This document shows, piece after piece, positions 10,704 through 19,281 of a DNA stretch of 32,000 bases. Every line of letters starts with the position of its first letter. The first letter of the stretch is position 1. Position numbers and translations under genes: made by a program. This DNA is from Mycolicibacterium smegmatis (GTDB lineage: Bacteria; Actinomycetota; Actinomycetes; Mycobacteriales; Mycobacteriaceae): the NCBI RefSeq assembly GCF_001457595.1, contig NZ_LN831039.1:3240001-3272000 (forward strand). The letters are read 5' to 3'. Under the pieces are notes generated by a model, which did no database searches, had not been told where the DNA came from, and saw nothing but the letters and a program-made list of their open reading frames with translations.

Positions 10704-12187
10704 GACCGGGCCTTTCGCGCCATGCGGTGGGATACGGGGGTGAGAACGTCGCCGAGGGTGCGCCATTCGGCGTAGGCCTCGGCGTAACGGTCGACGTGCC
10801 GCGCGTCGGGGACGACGGGGTCGCCCAGCGTCTGGAAGGCCTGTGTGCTGTCCCAGTCGCCGAGCAGGCCGATCCCGACCGCCGCGATGACGGCCGCGCC
10901 GAGCGAGGCGCCCGGGTGGCCGATCACGGGGATCAGCGGCGTGCCGAGAACGTCGGCGAGGATCTGCTTCCACAGCACCGAGCGGCTGCCGCCGTTGGTG
11001 ACCATGGCGCGTTCGAGGCTGACGCCCATGTGGGCGAACACCTCGGTGTGGTGCCGGAACCCGAACGCGATGGCCTCCAGCACCGAGCGGTACATGTCGG
11101 CGCGCGTGTGGGACAGGTCCAGGCCGACGAACGCGCCGCGCAGATCGGGATCGTGCAGCGGGCTCTTCTCGCCGAGAAAGTAGGGGAGACAGAGAACTTC
11201 GGCGGGCGAGCGGGTCTGCGCCTCGTCGTCGAGTGCGACGAGGTCGTGGCCGCCCGACAGCGTCTGGAACCATCGGATGAGGCTGCCGCTGGTGGCCATG
11301 CAGCCGTTGGGCAGCCAGCGGCCCGGCACGGGATGCGCGTCGAGGTACAGACGCGCGTCGACGACGGGACGCTCGCTTGCGGCGAGGATGTCGCCTGCGC
11401 CGCCCAGCTTGACCAGACAGTCGCCGGGGCGGTTGACGCCTGCCGCATACGCCGACAGCACGTGGTCGGCGCCGCCCACGATCAGCGGCAGCCCGGCGGG
11501 CAGGCCCGTGGCCTCGGCCGCGGCCGGACTCAGCTCACCGGCCTGCTGTCCCGGCGAAAGCACCCGTGGCACAAGATCTGTCGAGAGGCCGGCGGCGGCG
11601 AACATGGGGTCGAACCGGCCGCCGTCGAGCATGCCGAGGCCGGATTCGATGGCCCAGTTGAGCTCGACGTGCGGTGCGGCGCCGAGCGCCATGAGAACCC
11701 AGTCGTAGGAACCCACCAGGCGCGCGGTGCGCTGCCAGCAGTCGGGTTCGTTGCCGCGCAACCACAGCGCGGTGGGCGCCACGGACTGCTGCGTGATCGC
11801 CGATCCGGTTGCGGCCAGGACGGTTTCGTCATCGATACGCTCCTTGAGCGTGTCGATCTCGCGGGTCGCGCGCGCGTCGTTCTGAAGAATCGCGCGTCGC
11901 ACGGGGTTGCCGTCGCGGTCCACGGCGACCACGGCCGGGACCATGCCGGTGGTGGCCACGGCCCCGACCCGGTCGGGGGAGATGCCCGATTCGGCGAGTA
12001 CGGCGCGGATGCCCGCGTGGGTGTTGGCCAGCCACTGCCACGGATCGGCCTCGGCGTGTCCGGGTGCGTCGGAGTGCAGGGTGGTCTCGCCGGTGGACTG
12101 CGCCACGATGCGCGCGGCGTCGACGTCGACGAGGACGGTCTTGGTCCCCGTGGTGCCGATGTCGACACCGATCGTGAACTCCGGCAT
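10700..12187 (-). CDS. FGGY-family carbohydrate kinase (xylulokinase-like)
   Basis: MPEFTIGVDIGTTGTKTVLVD...GHAEADPWQW...GEKSPLHDPDLRGAFVGL...VTNGGSRSVLWKQILADVLG; 4-nt overlap with the SDR. Confidence 0.93.
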   Translation of the reverse strand: MPEFTIGVDIGTTGTKTVLVDVDAARIVAQSTGETTLHSDAPGHAEADPWQWLANTHAGIRAVLAESGISPDRVGAVATTGMVPAVVAVDRDGNPVRRAILQNDARATREIDTLKERIDDETVLAATGSAITQQSVAPTALWLRGNEPDCWQRTARLVGSYDWVLMALGAAPHVELNWAIESGLGMLDGGRFDPMFAAAGLSTDLVPRVLSPGQQAGELSPAAAEATGLPAGLPLIVGGADHVLSAYAAGVNRPGDCLVKLGGAGDILAASERPVVDARLYLDAHPVPGRWLPNGCMATSGSLIRWFQTLSGGHDLVALDDEAQTRSPAEVLCLPYFLGEKSPLHDPDLRGAFVGLDLSHTRADMYRSVLEAIAFGFRHHTEVFAHMGVSLERAMVTNGGSRSVLWKQILADVLGTPLIPVIGHPGASLGAAVIAAVGIGLLGDWDSTQAFQTLGDPVVPDARHVDRYAEAYAEWRTLGDVLTPVSHRMARKARS

Positions 12188-12270
12188 GCCGTCCTTCCTG
12201 TCGGGTTCCTGACCCACTGGTGTGCGGGTGCGATCACCCTACAACGATGCTGTTAGATTCTCACAAGATA

Positions 12271-12332
12271 TGTGTGACAATCACGCGAAGTCACGAAGTT
12301 CCTCAGCGTGATTGTGATTTAGTAACATCACG
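12271..12332. promoter_or_regulatory. Candidate operators in the divergent promoter region between kinase operon and BtpA-like gene
   Basis: GTGA-CAA-TCAC (12274-12284) and CGTGAT...ATCACG (12307-12312 / 12327-12332), with CGTGATTGTGATTT at 12307-12320. Confidence 0.5.
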
Positions 12333-12364
12333 TCGTTTCCGTCTGCCGAAGTGAGAGGCGCCCC

Positions 12365-13180
12365 ATGACCAGTTGGCTCGATGACGTATTTGCTGTGCGC
12401 AAGCCTGTGATCGCGATGCTGCACCTGTCGGCACTGCCGGGCGATCCGGGGTTCGACTCGGCCGCGGGCATCGGCGCCGTGGTCGAGCGTGCGAAGAGCG
12501 AGCTGGCGGCGCTGCAGGAGGGTGGCGTCGACGGCGTCATGATCTCCAACGAGTTCAGCCTGCCGTACCTCACCGAGACCGAACCGATCACCGCCATCAC
12601 CATGGCCCGCATAATCGGTGAGTTGCTGCCCGAGATCTCGGTGCCGTACGGCGTGAACGTGCTGTGGGACGGGCGGGCGTCGATCGACCTCGCGGTGGCC
12701 ACGGGCGCGCAGTGGGTGCGCGAGATCTTCACGGGCGTCTACGCCAGCGACTTCGGCCTGTGGAACACGAACGTGGGCGCTGTCGCGCGCCACCGGCACC
12801 GCATCGGCGGTGACCACGTCAGGCTGCTGTTCAACATCGTGCCCGAGTCCGCGGTCTACCTCGCCGACCGCGATCTGGCGTCCATCACGGCGACGACGGT
12901 GTTCGCGACCAAGCCCGACGCCATCTGCGTGTCGGGGCTGACCGCGGGCGCCTCGACCGACCGGCAGGCGCTGCAGGTGGTCAAGAACGCCGCGGGCGAG
13001 GTGCCGGTGTTCGTCAACACCGGCGTGCGCGCCCACAACGCGGCCGAGCAGCTCGCGATCGCCGACGGTGCGGTGGTGGGCACGTACTTCAAGGAGGACG
13101 GGGTCTTCGAGAACCGCGCGGTCGTGTCCCGGGTGAGCGAATTGATGGACGCCGTCAAGGGTTTCCGGAAGACCCTGTGA
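12365..13180 (+). CDS. BtpA/SgcQ-family TIM-barrel protein
   Basis: KPVIAMLHLSALPGDPG...GGVDGVMISNEFSLPYLTE...VPYGVNVLWDGRASIDLAVATGAQWVRE...VFVNTGVRAHNAAEQLAIADGAVVGTYFKEDG matches BtpA family signature regions. Confidence 0.9.
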   Translation: MTSWLDDVFAVRKPVIAMLHLSALPGDPGFDSAAGIGAVVERAKSELAALQEGGVDGVMISNEFSLPYLTETEPITAITMARIIGELLPEISVPYGVNVLWDGRASIDLAVATGAQWVREIFTGVYASDFGLWNTNVGAVARHRHRIGGDHVRLLFNIVPESAVYLADRDLASITATTVFATKPDAICVSGLTAGASTDRQALQVVKNAAGEVPVFVNTGVRAHNAAEQLAIADGAVVGTYFKEDGVFENRAVVSRVSELMDAVKGFRKTL

Positions 13181-13926
13181 CCCACCCGGCCGACACCGAG
13201 CTGCGACGGCTGGCGGTGAAGGCCGCCGAACGCGGCGCCGACGTGTGCCTGCGTCACCTCGGTGAACTGGTCTCCGTCGCGACCAAGAGCGCGGCAGGCG
13301 ACGTCGTGACCGCGGTCGACCGTGCCGCCGAAGAGGCCGTGCGGGCCGTGCTGCGCGAGGCCCGCCCGGATGACTCGATGCTCGGCGAGGAGATCGCCGA
13401 GCACACCGGATCCGGTCCGCTGCAGTGGGTCATCGACCCGCTCGACGGCACCACCAACTACACGCGGCGCATTCCGTACTTCGCGACCTCGGTCGCGGTG
13501 CGGCGGGTCTCCGACGGCACCTGGCTGGCCGGGGCCGTGTGCGCGCCGGCCCTGGGCAGCACCTGGAGCGCGGCCAGAGGCGAGGGCGCGCAACTGGATT
13601 CGATCACCCAGTCGGCGCAGCTGCCGCTGCAGCTGATCGATTCGACGGCCCGGCTGGTGGGCACGGGCCTGTCCTACGATCCGGGCCTGCGCCGCCGCCA
13701 GTTGCGGGACCTGGGTGCACTGGTCTGCGAGTACACCGACATGCGCCGGTTCGGCGCGGCCGCGGTGGACCTGTGCCTGGTGGCGCAGGGCAGCCTGGAC
13801 GCGTTCGTCGAGGCCGATCTCGCGGTGCACGACTGGGCGGCTGGCGCACTGATCGCCGAGGAGGCCGGCGCCGAGGTGACGCGGCCGTGCGCCGAGGGGG
13901 ATCCGTTGTCAGCGCGCTGGCGCTGA
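13177..13926 (+). CDS. Inositol monophosphatase-family phosphatase
   Basis: DVVTAVDRAAEEAVRAVLREARPDDSMLGEEI, WVIDPLDGTTNYTRRIPYFATSVAV and DLAVHDWAAGALIAEEAGAEVT metal/substrate motifs; GTGA overlap with the upstream gene. Confidence 0.92.
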   Translation: MTHPADTELRRLAVKAAERGADVCLRHLGELVSVATKSAAGDVVTAVDRAAEEAVRAVLREARPDDSMLGEEIAEHTGSGPLQWVIDPLDGTTNYTRRIPYFATSVAVRRVSDGTWLAGAVCAPALGSTWSAARGEGAQLDSITQSAQLPLQLIDSTARLVGTGLSYDPGLRRRQLRDLGALVCEYTDMRRFGAAAVDLCLVAQGSLDAFVEADLAVHDWAAGALIAEEAGAEVTRPCAEGDPLSARWR

Positions 13927-14709
13927 CCTGGCGTTGACGCACACCACCTGTACGCCCGCGGCCTCCAGCGCCTTGACGGTCGGGTTGTTGGGGGTGCTGT
14001 CTGTCACCAGCACCGAGATGCTCGACACCGGTGCGACATTGGTCAGCTGCACACGTCCGAGCTTGGTGGCGTCGGCGGCCACGATGATCCGGTCGGCCGA
14101 GCGCATCGCGGCCTGCTTCACGTTGCCTTCCTCACGGTGGTACTCCGAGGCGCCGCGCTTGCCGTCGACCCCGGCGATGCCCATCACGTAGGTGTCGCAG
14201 TTGTAGCGCAGGTAGAAGTCCTCGGCCTCGGCGCCGATGAGGCTCAACTCGCCCGGGCGCACCTTGCCGCCGGTCAGCAGGATCGTGGTGTCGGGTTCGT
14301 CCGCCAGTTCGACGGCCACCAGCAGGCTCGGCGTGATGATCGTCAGGCCCAGCCCCCGGCCGCGGATCGCGCGCGCGACCGCAAGCACGGTGCTTCCGCT
14401 GTCGAGGATCACGGTCTCCTGCGGCGTCAGCAGATCGGCGACGGCGCGCGCGATGTGCAATTTCTCGTCGGCCGACTCGGCCGCGCGCGCGGCGAACGAG
14501 GGTTCGGTGGCCTTGCCGCCGAACGCGATCGCGCCACCCAGCACCCGGCGCGCGATGCCCTGGTCTTCCAGGCGTTCGATGTCGCGCCGGATCGTCATGG
14601 CCGAAACGCCGAATTCGTCGGCGAGCGACGTGAAGTCGACCTCGCGGTCAGTGTGGATGCGCGCTGCGATCGCCGCGCGGCGGGCGTGCGCGCTCAGACC
14701 GGGTGCCAT
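13909..14709 (-). CDS. DeoR/GlpR-family transcriptional regulator
   Basis: N-terminal HTH VDFTSLADEFGVSAMTIRRDIERLEDQGIARRVLGGA and DeoR sensor domain (TVILDSGSTVLAVAR, VMGIAGVDGKRGASEY). Confidence 0.94.
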   Translation of the reverse strand: MAPGLSAHARRAAIAARIHTDREVDFTSLADEFGVSAMTIRRDIERLEDQGIARRVLGGAIAFGGKATEPSFAARAAESADEKLHIARAVADLLTPQETVILDSGSTVLAVARAIRGRGLGLTIITPSLLVAVELADEPDTTILLTGGKVRPGELSLIGAEAEDFYLRYNCDTYVMGIAGVDGKRGASEYHREEGNVKQAAMRSADRIIVAADATKLGRVQLTNVAPVSSISVLVTDSTPNNPTVKALEAAGVQVVCVNARSAPAR

Positions 14710-14730
14710 TCGGTCAGCGTAGAACACGGC

Positions 14731-14790
14731 TGTGAAACGTTCACAATGATCACACGATGTGCCTCGAACGGCGTCCGGATTGTGATCAGG
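14731..14790. promoter_or_regulatory. Candidate DeoR autoregulatory operator cluster upstream of the regulator
   Basis: TGTGAA-ACG-TTCACA (14731-14745), TCACAATGATCACAC (14741-14755) and GATTGTGATCAG (14778-14789), similar to TGTGAT-type elements at 12271-12332. Confidence 0.5.
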
Positions 14791-15748
14791 CAACAGGGGC
14801 GGGAACAGCCACCCGTGTGCGCTCCCGCATCGAGGCCCACAGTGCCGCGGTGGCCGCGGTGCACAGACCGGCGCCCGCGACGTGCACGGCCACCAGCGCG
14901 GCCGGGACACCCGTGTAGAACTGCACGACACCCACGAGTCCCTGCGCGCAGATCAGGGCGACGAGCACCCCCAGACGCACCATGACCGGCCGGGCCGCAC
15001 CCGTCGCCGCGAGCCCGAAGCCGAGGGCGATCACCAGCGAGAGATAGGCGATCAGCAGCGACGAGTGCATGTGCACGAGCGTGGTGATCTCGACCTGCAG
15101 ACGCGGAACGGGTGCGTCGATGCTCTTGTCTCCCGCGTGCGGGCCTGCGCCGGTGACCAGCGTGCCGGTCACCAGCACCGCGGCGAGTGCGACCGCGCTC
15201 AGGACCGTGAGGTGGCGCAGCGGCGCGGGCACCCGGGTGCGGGTGATGCCGTCATCGGGTTGACCGATCTTGACGAAGAGCAGCACCGCGAGCCACACCA
15301 TGACCATCGAGGCGATGAGATGGATGGCGACCGTCCACCACAGCAGGCCGGTCAGCACCGTGATGCCGCCGATGACCGCCTGCACCACGGTCGAGGCCGG
15401 CATGAGCCACGCATAGACGAGGACCTCGCGGCGGCGCCGGGCACGCGTCACGGCGAGCACGGCGGCCGCGGCCGTGAGCACCACAAGGAACGTGATCATG
15501 CGGTTGCCGAACTCCACCACCTGGTGCACCACGGCCACCTCGGCGTGCGGCACCGGGGTGAAACTCCCCGGGAAACACTGGGGCCAGGTGGGGCAGCCCA
15601 GGCCGGACGCGGTGACGCGGACGATGGCGCCGGTGACAGCGATACCGCCCTGGGTGAGGATCACCAGGAACGCGATGAGGCGCTGAACCCGGAGGCTGGG
15701 CAGGGGCAACAGATCGACCAGCCGCAGGAAAATTCGTCCGACGGACAC
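14786..15748 (-). CDS. ctaA: Heme A synthase (CtaA/Cox15 family)
   Basis: LVILTQGGIAVTGAIVRVTASGLGCPTWPQCFPGSFTPVPHAE...VVHQVVEFGNRMITFLV; GTG start; positional match to Rv1456c. Confidence 0.93.
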   Translation of the reverse strand: MSVGRIFLRLVDLLPLPSLRVQRLIAFLVILTQGGIAVTGAIVRVTASGLGCPTWPQCFPGSFTPVPHAEVAVVHQVVEFGNRMITFLVVLTAAAAVLAVTRARRRREVLVYAWLMPASTVVQAVIGGITVLTGLLWWTVAIHLIASMVMVWLAVLLFVKIGQPDDGITRTRVPAPLRHLTVLSAVALAAVLVTGTLVTGAGPHAGDKSIDAPVPRLQVEITTLVHMHSSLLIAYLSLVIALGFGLAATGAARPVMVRLGVLVALICAQGLVGVVQFYTGVPAALVAVHVAGAGLCTAATAALWASMRERTRVAVPAPVA

Positions 15749-15771
15749 GGCCCGATCGTAGATGACGCCAA

Positions 15772-15786
15772 ACTACAACTTGTAGT
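15772..15786. promoter_or_regulatory. Perfect palindrome upstream of ctaA, candidate BlaI-type operator
   Basis: ACTACAA-C-TTGTAGT, 7-1-7 perfect inverted repeat 24 nt upstream of the ctaA start. Confidence 0.5.
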
Positions 15787-15792
15787 AGGGGC

Positions 15793-16578
15793 TCAGGTGA
15801 ACCGGAACAAGCGCAGCGCGCACACCGCGGAGACCCCGCCCCACACCGCGAGCACCGCGATGCCGAACCAGTCCACCGACAGCGTCATGGCCTGGCTCAG
15901 CGCCTCGGTGAGCGCGCCCGATGGCGTCAGCCGGGCCACCCAGGCCAGGGCCGACGGCACGGCCTCGGTCTCCAGTGTCAGCGCGCCGAAGCCCGCGAAC
16001 ACGAACCACAGCAGGTTGGCCAGCGCGAGCACGATCTCCGAACGCAGCGTCCCACCCAGCAACAGGCCCATCGCCGCGAAGCCCGCGGTGCCCAGCGCGA
16101 TGATCACCGCGCCCAGCGCCAGGCCCGCAAGCGGGGGACGCCAGCCCAGCGCGACGCCGATGGCGCCGAGGAGGACCGCCTGCAGGAACACCACGGCCAC
16201 CACGGCCAGTGACTTGCCCGCGATGATGCCCCAGACCGGAAGTGCCGTCGCGCCAAGGCGTTTCAGTGCGCCGTAGCGGCGGTCGAACGCGACCGCGATG
16301 GCCTGGCCGGTGAACGCGGTGGAGATCACCGCGAGCGCCATGATGGCAGGCGTGAACGCGCCGGCCCGGTCGTCGCCGAACGAACCCAGCGGCAGCAGCG
16401 TGAGACCGATCAGCAGGGTGATCGGGATGAACATCGTCAGCAGCAGTTGTTCGCCGTTGCGCAGCAGCAGGCGCAACTCCAGGCCGAACTGCGCGGCGAG
16501 CATCTTCTGCACGGTCGCGGGCCGCGGGTCGGGCGTGAAGGTTCCTGGCGCGAACCGGTTGGCCGCTGGGCTCGTCAC
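15793..16578 (-). CDS. ABC-2 type transporter permease
   Basis: Multi-TM protein from GTG 16578 (VTSPAANRFAPGTFTPDPRPATVQKMLAAQFGLELRLLLRNGEQLLLTMFIPITLLIGL...); GTGA overlap with the ATPase gene; positional match to Rv1457c. Confidence 0.88.
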   Translation of the reverse strand: MTSPAANRFAPGTFTPDPRPATVQKMLAAQFGLELRLLLRNGEQLLLTMFIPITLLIGLTLLPLGSFGDDRAGAFTPAIMALAVISTAFTGQAIAVAFDRRYGALKRLGATALPVWGIIAGKSLAVVAVVFLQAVLLGAIGVALGWRPPLAGLALGAVIIALGTAGFAAMGLLLGGTLRSEIVLALANLLWFVFAGFGALTLETEAVPSALAWVARLTPSGALTEALSQAMTLSVDWFGIAVLAVWGGVSAVCALRLFRFT

Positions 16579-17543
16579 GATCGCAACTCCCGTCCGGTCA
16601 GGTCGAGGAAGACGTCTTCGAGGCTGCGCTGCTCGACGCGCATGTCGGTGGCCAGCACGTTGACGCGGGCACACCACGCGGTCACCGTCGCCAGCACCTG
16701 CGGATCGATGTGGCCCTCGACCAGGTACTCACCGGGTGCGGCCTCGACGGCGTTGTAGCCCTCGGGCAGTGCGGCGACCAGAAGCGACAGGTCGAGCTTG
16801 CGGGGTGCGCTGAACCGCAACTGGTTCTCGGCGCCGCTGCGCATGAGCTCGGCCGGTGTGCCGGTGGCGACCGCGACGCCGTGGTCGATGATCACGATGC
16901 GATCGGCGAGTTCCTCGGCCTCGGTGAGCTGATGCGTCGTCAGCACCACGGTGACGCCGTCGCGGCGCAGCGCGTCGATCAACTCCCACACCACGATCCG
17001 GGCGTGCGCGTCCATCCCGGCGGTCGGTTCGTCGAGGAACACGAGTTCTGGACGCCCCACCACAGCGCAAGCGAGCGCGAGGCGCTGCTGCTGGCCGCCG
17101 GAAAGGCGGCGGTAGGTGGTGCGCGCCGAGTCGGTGAGCCCGAGGGTGTCCATGAGCCAGGCCGGGTCGAGCGGGTCGGCCGCATACGAGGCGACCAGGT
17201 CGAGCATCTCGCCTGCGCGCGCGGCCGGGTATCCGCCGCCACCCTGCAGCATGACGCCGATGCGTTCGCGCAGCCGGGCGTTGTCGGCGATCGGGTCGAG
17301 CCCGAGGATCCGGATGCTGCCCGCGTCGGCGCGCACGAATCCCTCGCACATCTCGACCGTGGTGGTCTTGCCCGCGCCGTTGGGGCCCAGCAGTGCCAGC
17401 ACCTCGGCGCGCTGGACCTCAAGGTCCAGTTCGGACACCGCGGTGGTGGACCCGTACCGCTTGGTGACCCCGCGCAGTAGTACAGGAACGTCCGGAGAAC
17501 GTGTTGAGCTGGCGGCGTCGGAACGCCCGGAACGCGGTGTCAC
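16575..17543 (-). CDS. ABC transporter ATP-binding protein (drug-exporter type)
   Basis: Walker A GPNGAGKTTTVEMCEGF, signature LSGGQQQRLALA, Walker B LVFLDEPTAGMD; positional match to Rv1458c. Confidence 0.95.
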   Translation of the reverse strand: MTPRSGRSDAASSTRSPDVPVLLRGVTKRYGSTTAVSELDLEVQRAEVLALLGPNGAGKTTTVEMCEGFVRADAGSIRILGLDPIADNARLRERIGVMLQGGGGYPAARAGEMLDLVASYAADPLDPAWLMDTLGLTDSARTTYRRLSGGQQQRLALACAVVGRPELVFLDEPTAGMDAHARIVVWELIDALRRDGVTVVLTTHQLTEAEELADRIVIIDHGVAVATGTPAELMRSGAENQLRFSAPRKLDLSLLVAALPEGYNAVEAAPGEYLVEGHIDPQVLATVTAWCARVNVLATDMRVEQRSLEDVFLDLTGRELRS

Positions 17544-19219
17544 GGGGATTCAGCGTAGGCGTCGTCGGCTGGGGCCGGTTGCTCTGGTGGTCGGGCGGGC
17601 GGCTCTGGCGCGGGACGCCACGGCAACCGCCGGTAGGTCAGGGCGATCAGCAGCAGCACGGTGACCGCGCTCGCCAGGGTTGCCATGACGATCTGGAACA
17701 ACGTGAACCGGTCTCCGTTGGCCGTGGGCCCGAAGATCCCGACGATCAGCGTGATCGCGATGGTGGCCCCGCGGAAACCGGGCCGGGTCGCCCATGCGGC
17801 CAGCGGGATGATCGCCCACAGCAGGTACCAGGGTTGCACGACCGGGAACAGCAGTACGGTGCCGCCGAGCGCGACGCCGAGGCCGCCGACCGGGTGCAGA
17901 CGTCCGCGCAGCACCGCGAACAGCAGCCAACTGACCAGGATCGAGATCATGAACACACCGATGGCGCGGGTCAGGCCCAGCACCGCGGTGGTGTGGTCGC
18001 CGAGGCCGAGCAGGATCCCGACCTGACCGGTGCCGAGCGCGATGAGCGTGGGCGGCGACATCCAGCTGCGCACCACGTTGGCGGTACCGAGCGTGAACAG
18101 CCAGCCGAAGCCGAGGCCGCTGGCCCACCCGATGACGGCCATGACCGCCAGCGAGATGGCGCCGAGCGACGTACACGAGATCACGAACGCCTTGACCGTG
18201 CCGCCCCACCGCCAGGCCAGGGCCATCGCGACGAAACCCAGCGCGAGCAACGAAGGAAGTTTGACCTGTGAGGACATCGCGATCAGCACGGCGCCCAGGA
18301 CGAGCATCGCCATGGGCTGCCATCGCTGCCACTGCGCGCGGCCGCTCGGCCAGGCCGGCGGGCGCGGCAGCAGCGGCTGGGCGGCGTCGATGCCGCGCAG
18401 CGCGAACTCGGTGCCCGCGAGCATCAGCCCGAGCATGAGCGCCTCGTTGTGGATGCCTGCCACCAGATGCATGAACAGCAGCGGGTTGCACGGTCCGAGC
18501 CACAGTGCGCTGACCTCGGCGACGCCGCAGCGGCGGGCCAGGCGAGGAGTCGCCCACACGATCAGCCCGACGCCGATCAGCACCACCAGCCGGTGGCACA
18601 TCACGGCCTCGACGATGTTCTCACCGGTCAGCGCCGAGATGCCCTGACCGATCCACAGGAACAACGGCCCGTACGGCGCGGGCGTCTCGCGCCACAGGTT
18701 GGGCACCGACAGCGTGAACACGTGGTCGAGGCCAAGGCCCGTCGCGGGGCCCACCCGGTACGGGTCGAGGCCCAGCACCGCGATCTCGCTCTGCGCCAGG
18801 TAGGAGTACACGTCGCGGCTGTACATGGGCGGCGCGATCAACAGCGGCACGGTCCACAGCATCAGCGTGTGGTCGAGCTGGCTGCGGGACATGCGCCGCT
18901 TGCCCAGCGTGTACCGCCCGAGCATGAGCCAGGCCAGCGCCATCATCACCGCGCCGGTCGTGGTCATCGTGAGCGACACCGTCTGGATCCGCGACGGCAG
19001 GTTCAGGAGGCGCACCCCGAACGTCGGGTCCTGCACCACGGGGCGTGCGCCCGCGCCGAGCGCGCCGATGGCCATGAGCACCGTTCCCGTCGCGCCGAAC
19101 AGCCGGGTACGGCGCATCGACAGGATTTCGGCGTCGTCGAGGGGCGAGGCGACCGCGTGTTCGTCGCCGTGCCACCGGGCGATCGACGAGCTGAAGGACG
19201 ACAGGCGGCTGGCCATCAC
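17540..19219 (-). CDS. mptB: Polyprenol-phosphate-mannose-dependent alpha-(1->6) mannosyltransferase (GT-C fold)
   Basis: 559 aa multi-TM protein with MYSRDVYSYLAQSEIAVLGLDPYRVGPA (GT-C loop) and YGPLFLWIGQGISALTG; positional match to Rv1459c. Confidence 0.9.
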   Translation of the reverse strand: MMASRLSSFSSSIARWHGDEHAVASPLDDAEILSMRRTRLFGATGTVLMAIGALGAGARPVVQDPTFGVRLLNLPSRIQTVSLTMTTTGAVMMALAWLMLGRYTLGKRRMSRSQLDHTLMLWTVPLLIAPPMYSRDVYSYLAQSEIAVLGLDPYRVGPATGLGLDHVFTLSVPNLWRETPAPYGPLFLWIGQGISALTGENIVEAVMCHRLVVLIGVGLIVWATPRLARRCGVAEVSALWLGPCNPLLFMHLVAGIHNEALMLGLMLAGTEFALRGIDAAQPLLPRPPAWPSGRAQWQRWQPMAMLVLGAVLIAMSSQVKLPSLLALGFVAMALAWRWGGTVKAFVISCTSLGAISLAVMAVIGWASGLGFGWLFTLGTANVVRSWMSPPTLIALGTGQVGILLGLGDHTTAVLGLTRAIGVFMISILVSWLLFAVLRGRLHPVGGLGVALGGTVLLFPVVQPWYLLWAIIPLAAWATRPGFRGATIAITLIVGIFGPTANGDRFTLFQIVMATLASAVTVLLLIALTYRRLPWRPAPEPPARPPEQPAPADDAYAESP

Positions 19220-19281
19220 AGCAGCGTAACCGGCGCAGAATACGATCCACTCCAGCTGACGGTGGCCGATGTCACGTAAGG

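Noticed and set aside
10727-12256. 509-aa plus-strand ORF opposite the FGGY kinase
   Set aside because: High-GC shadow frame of a motif-complete kinase.
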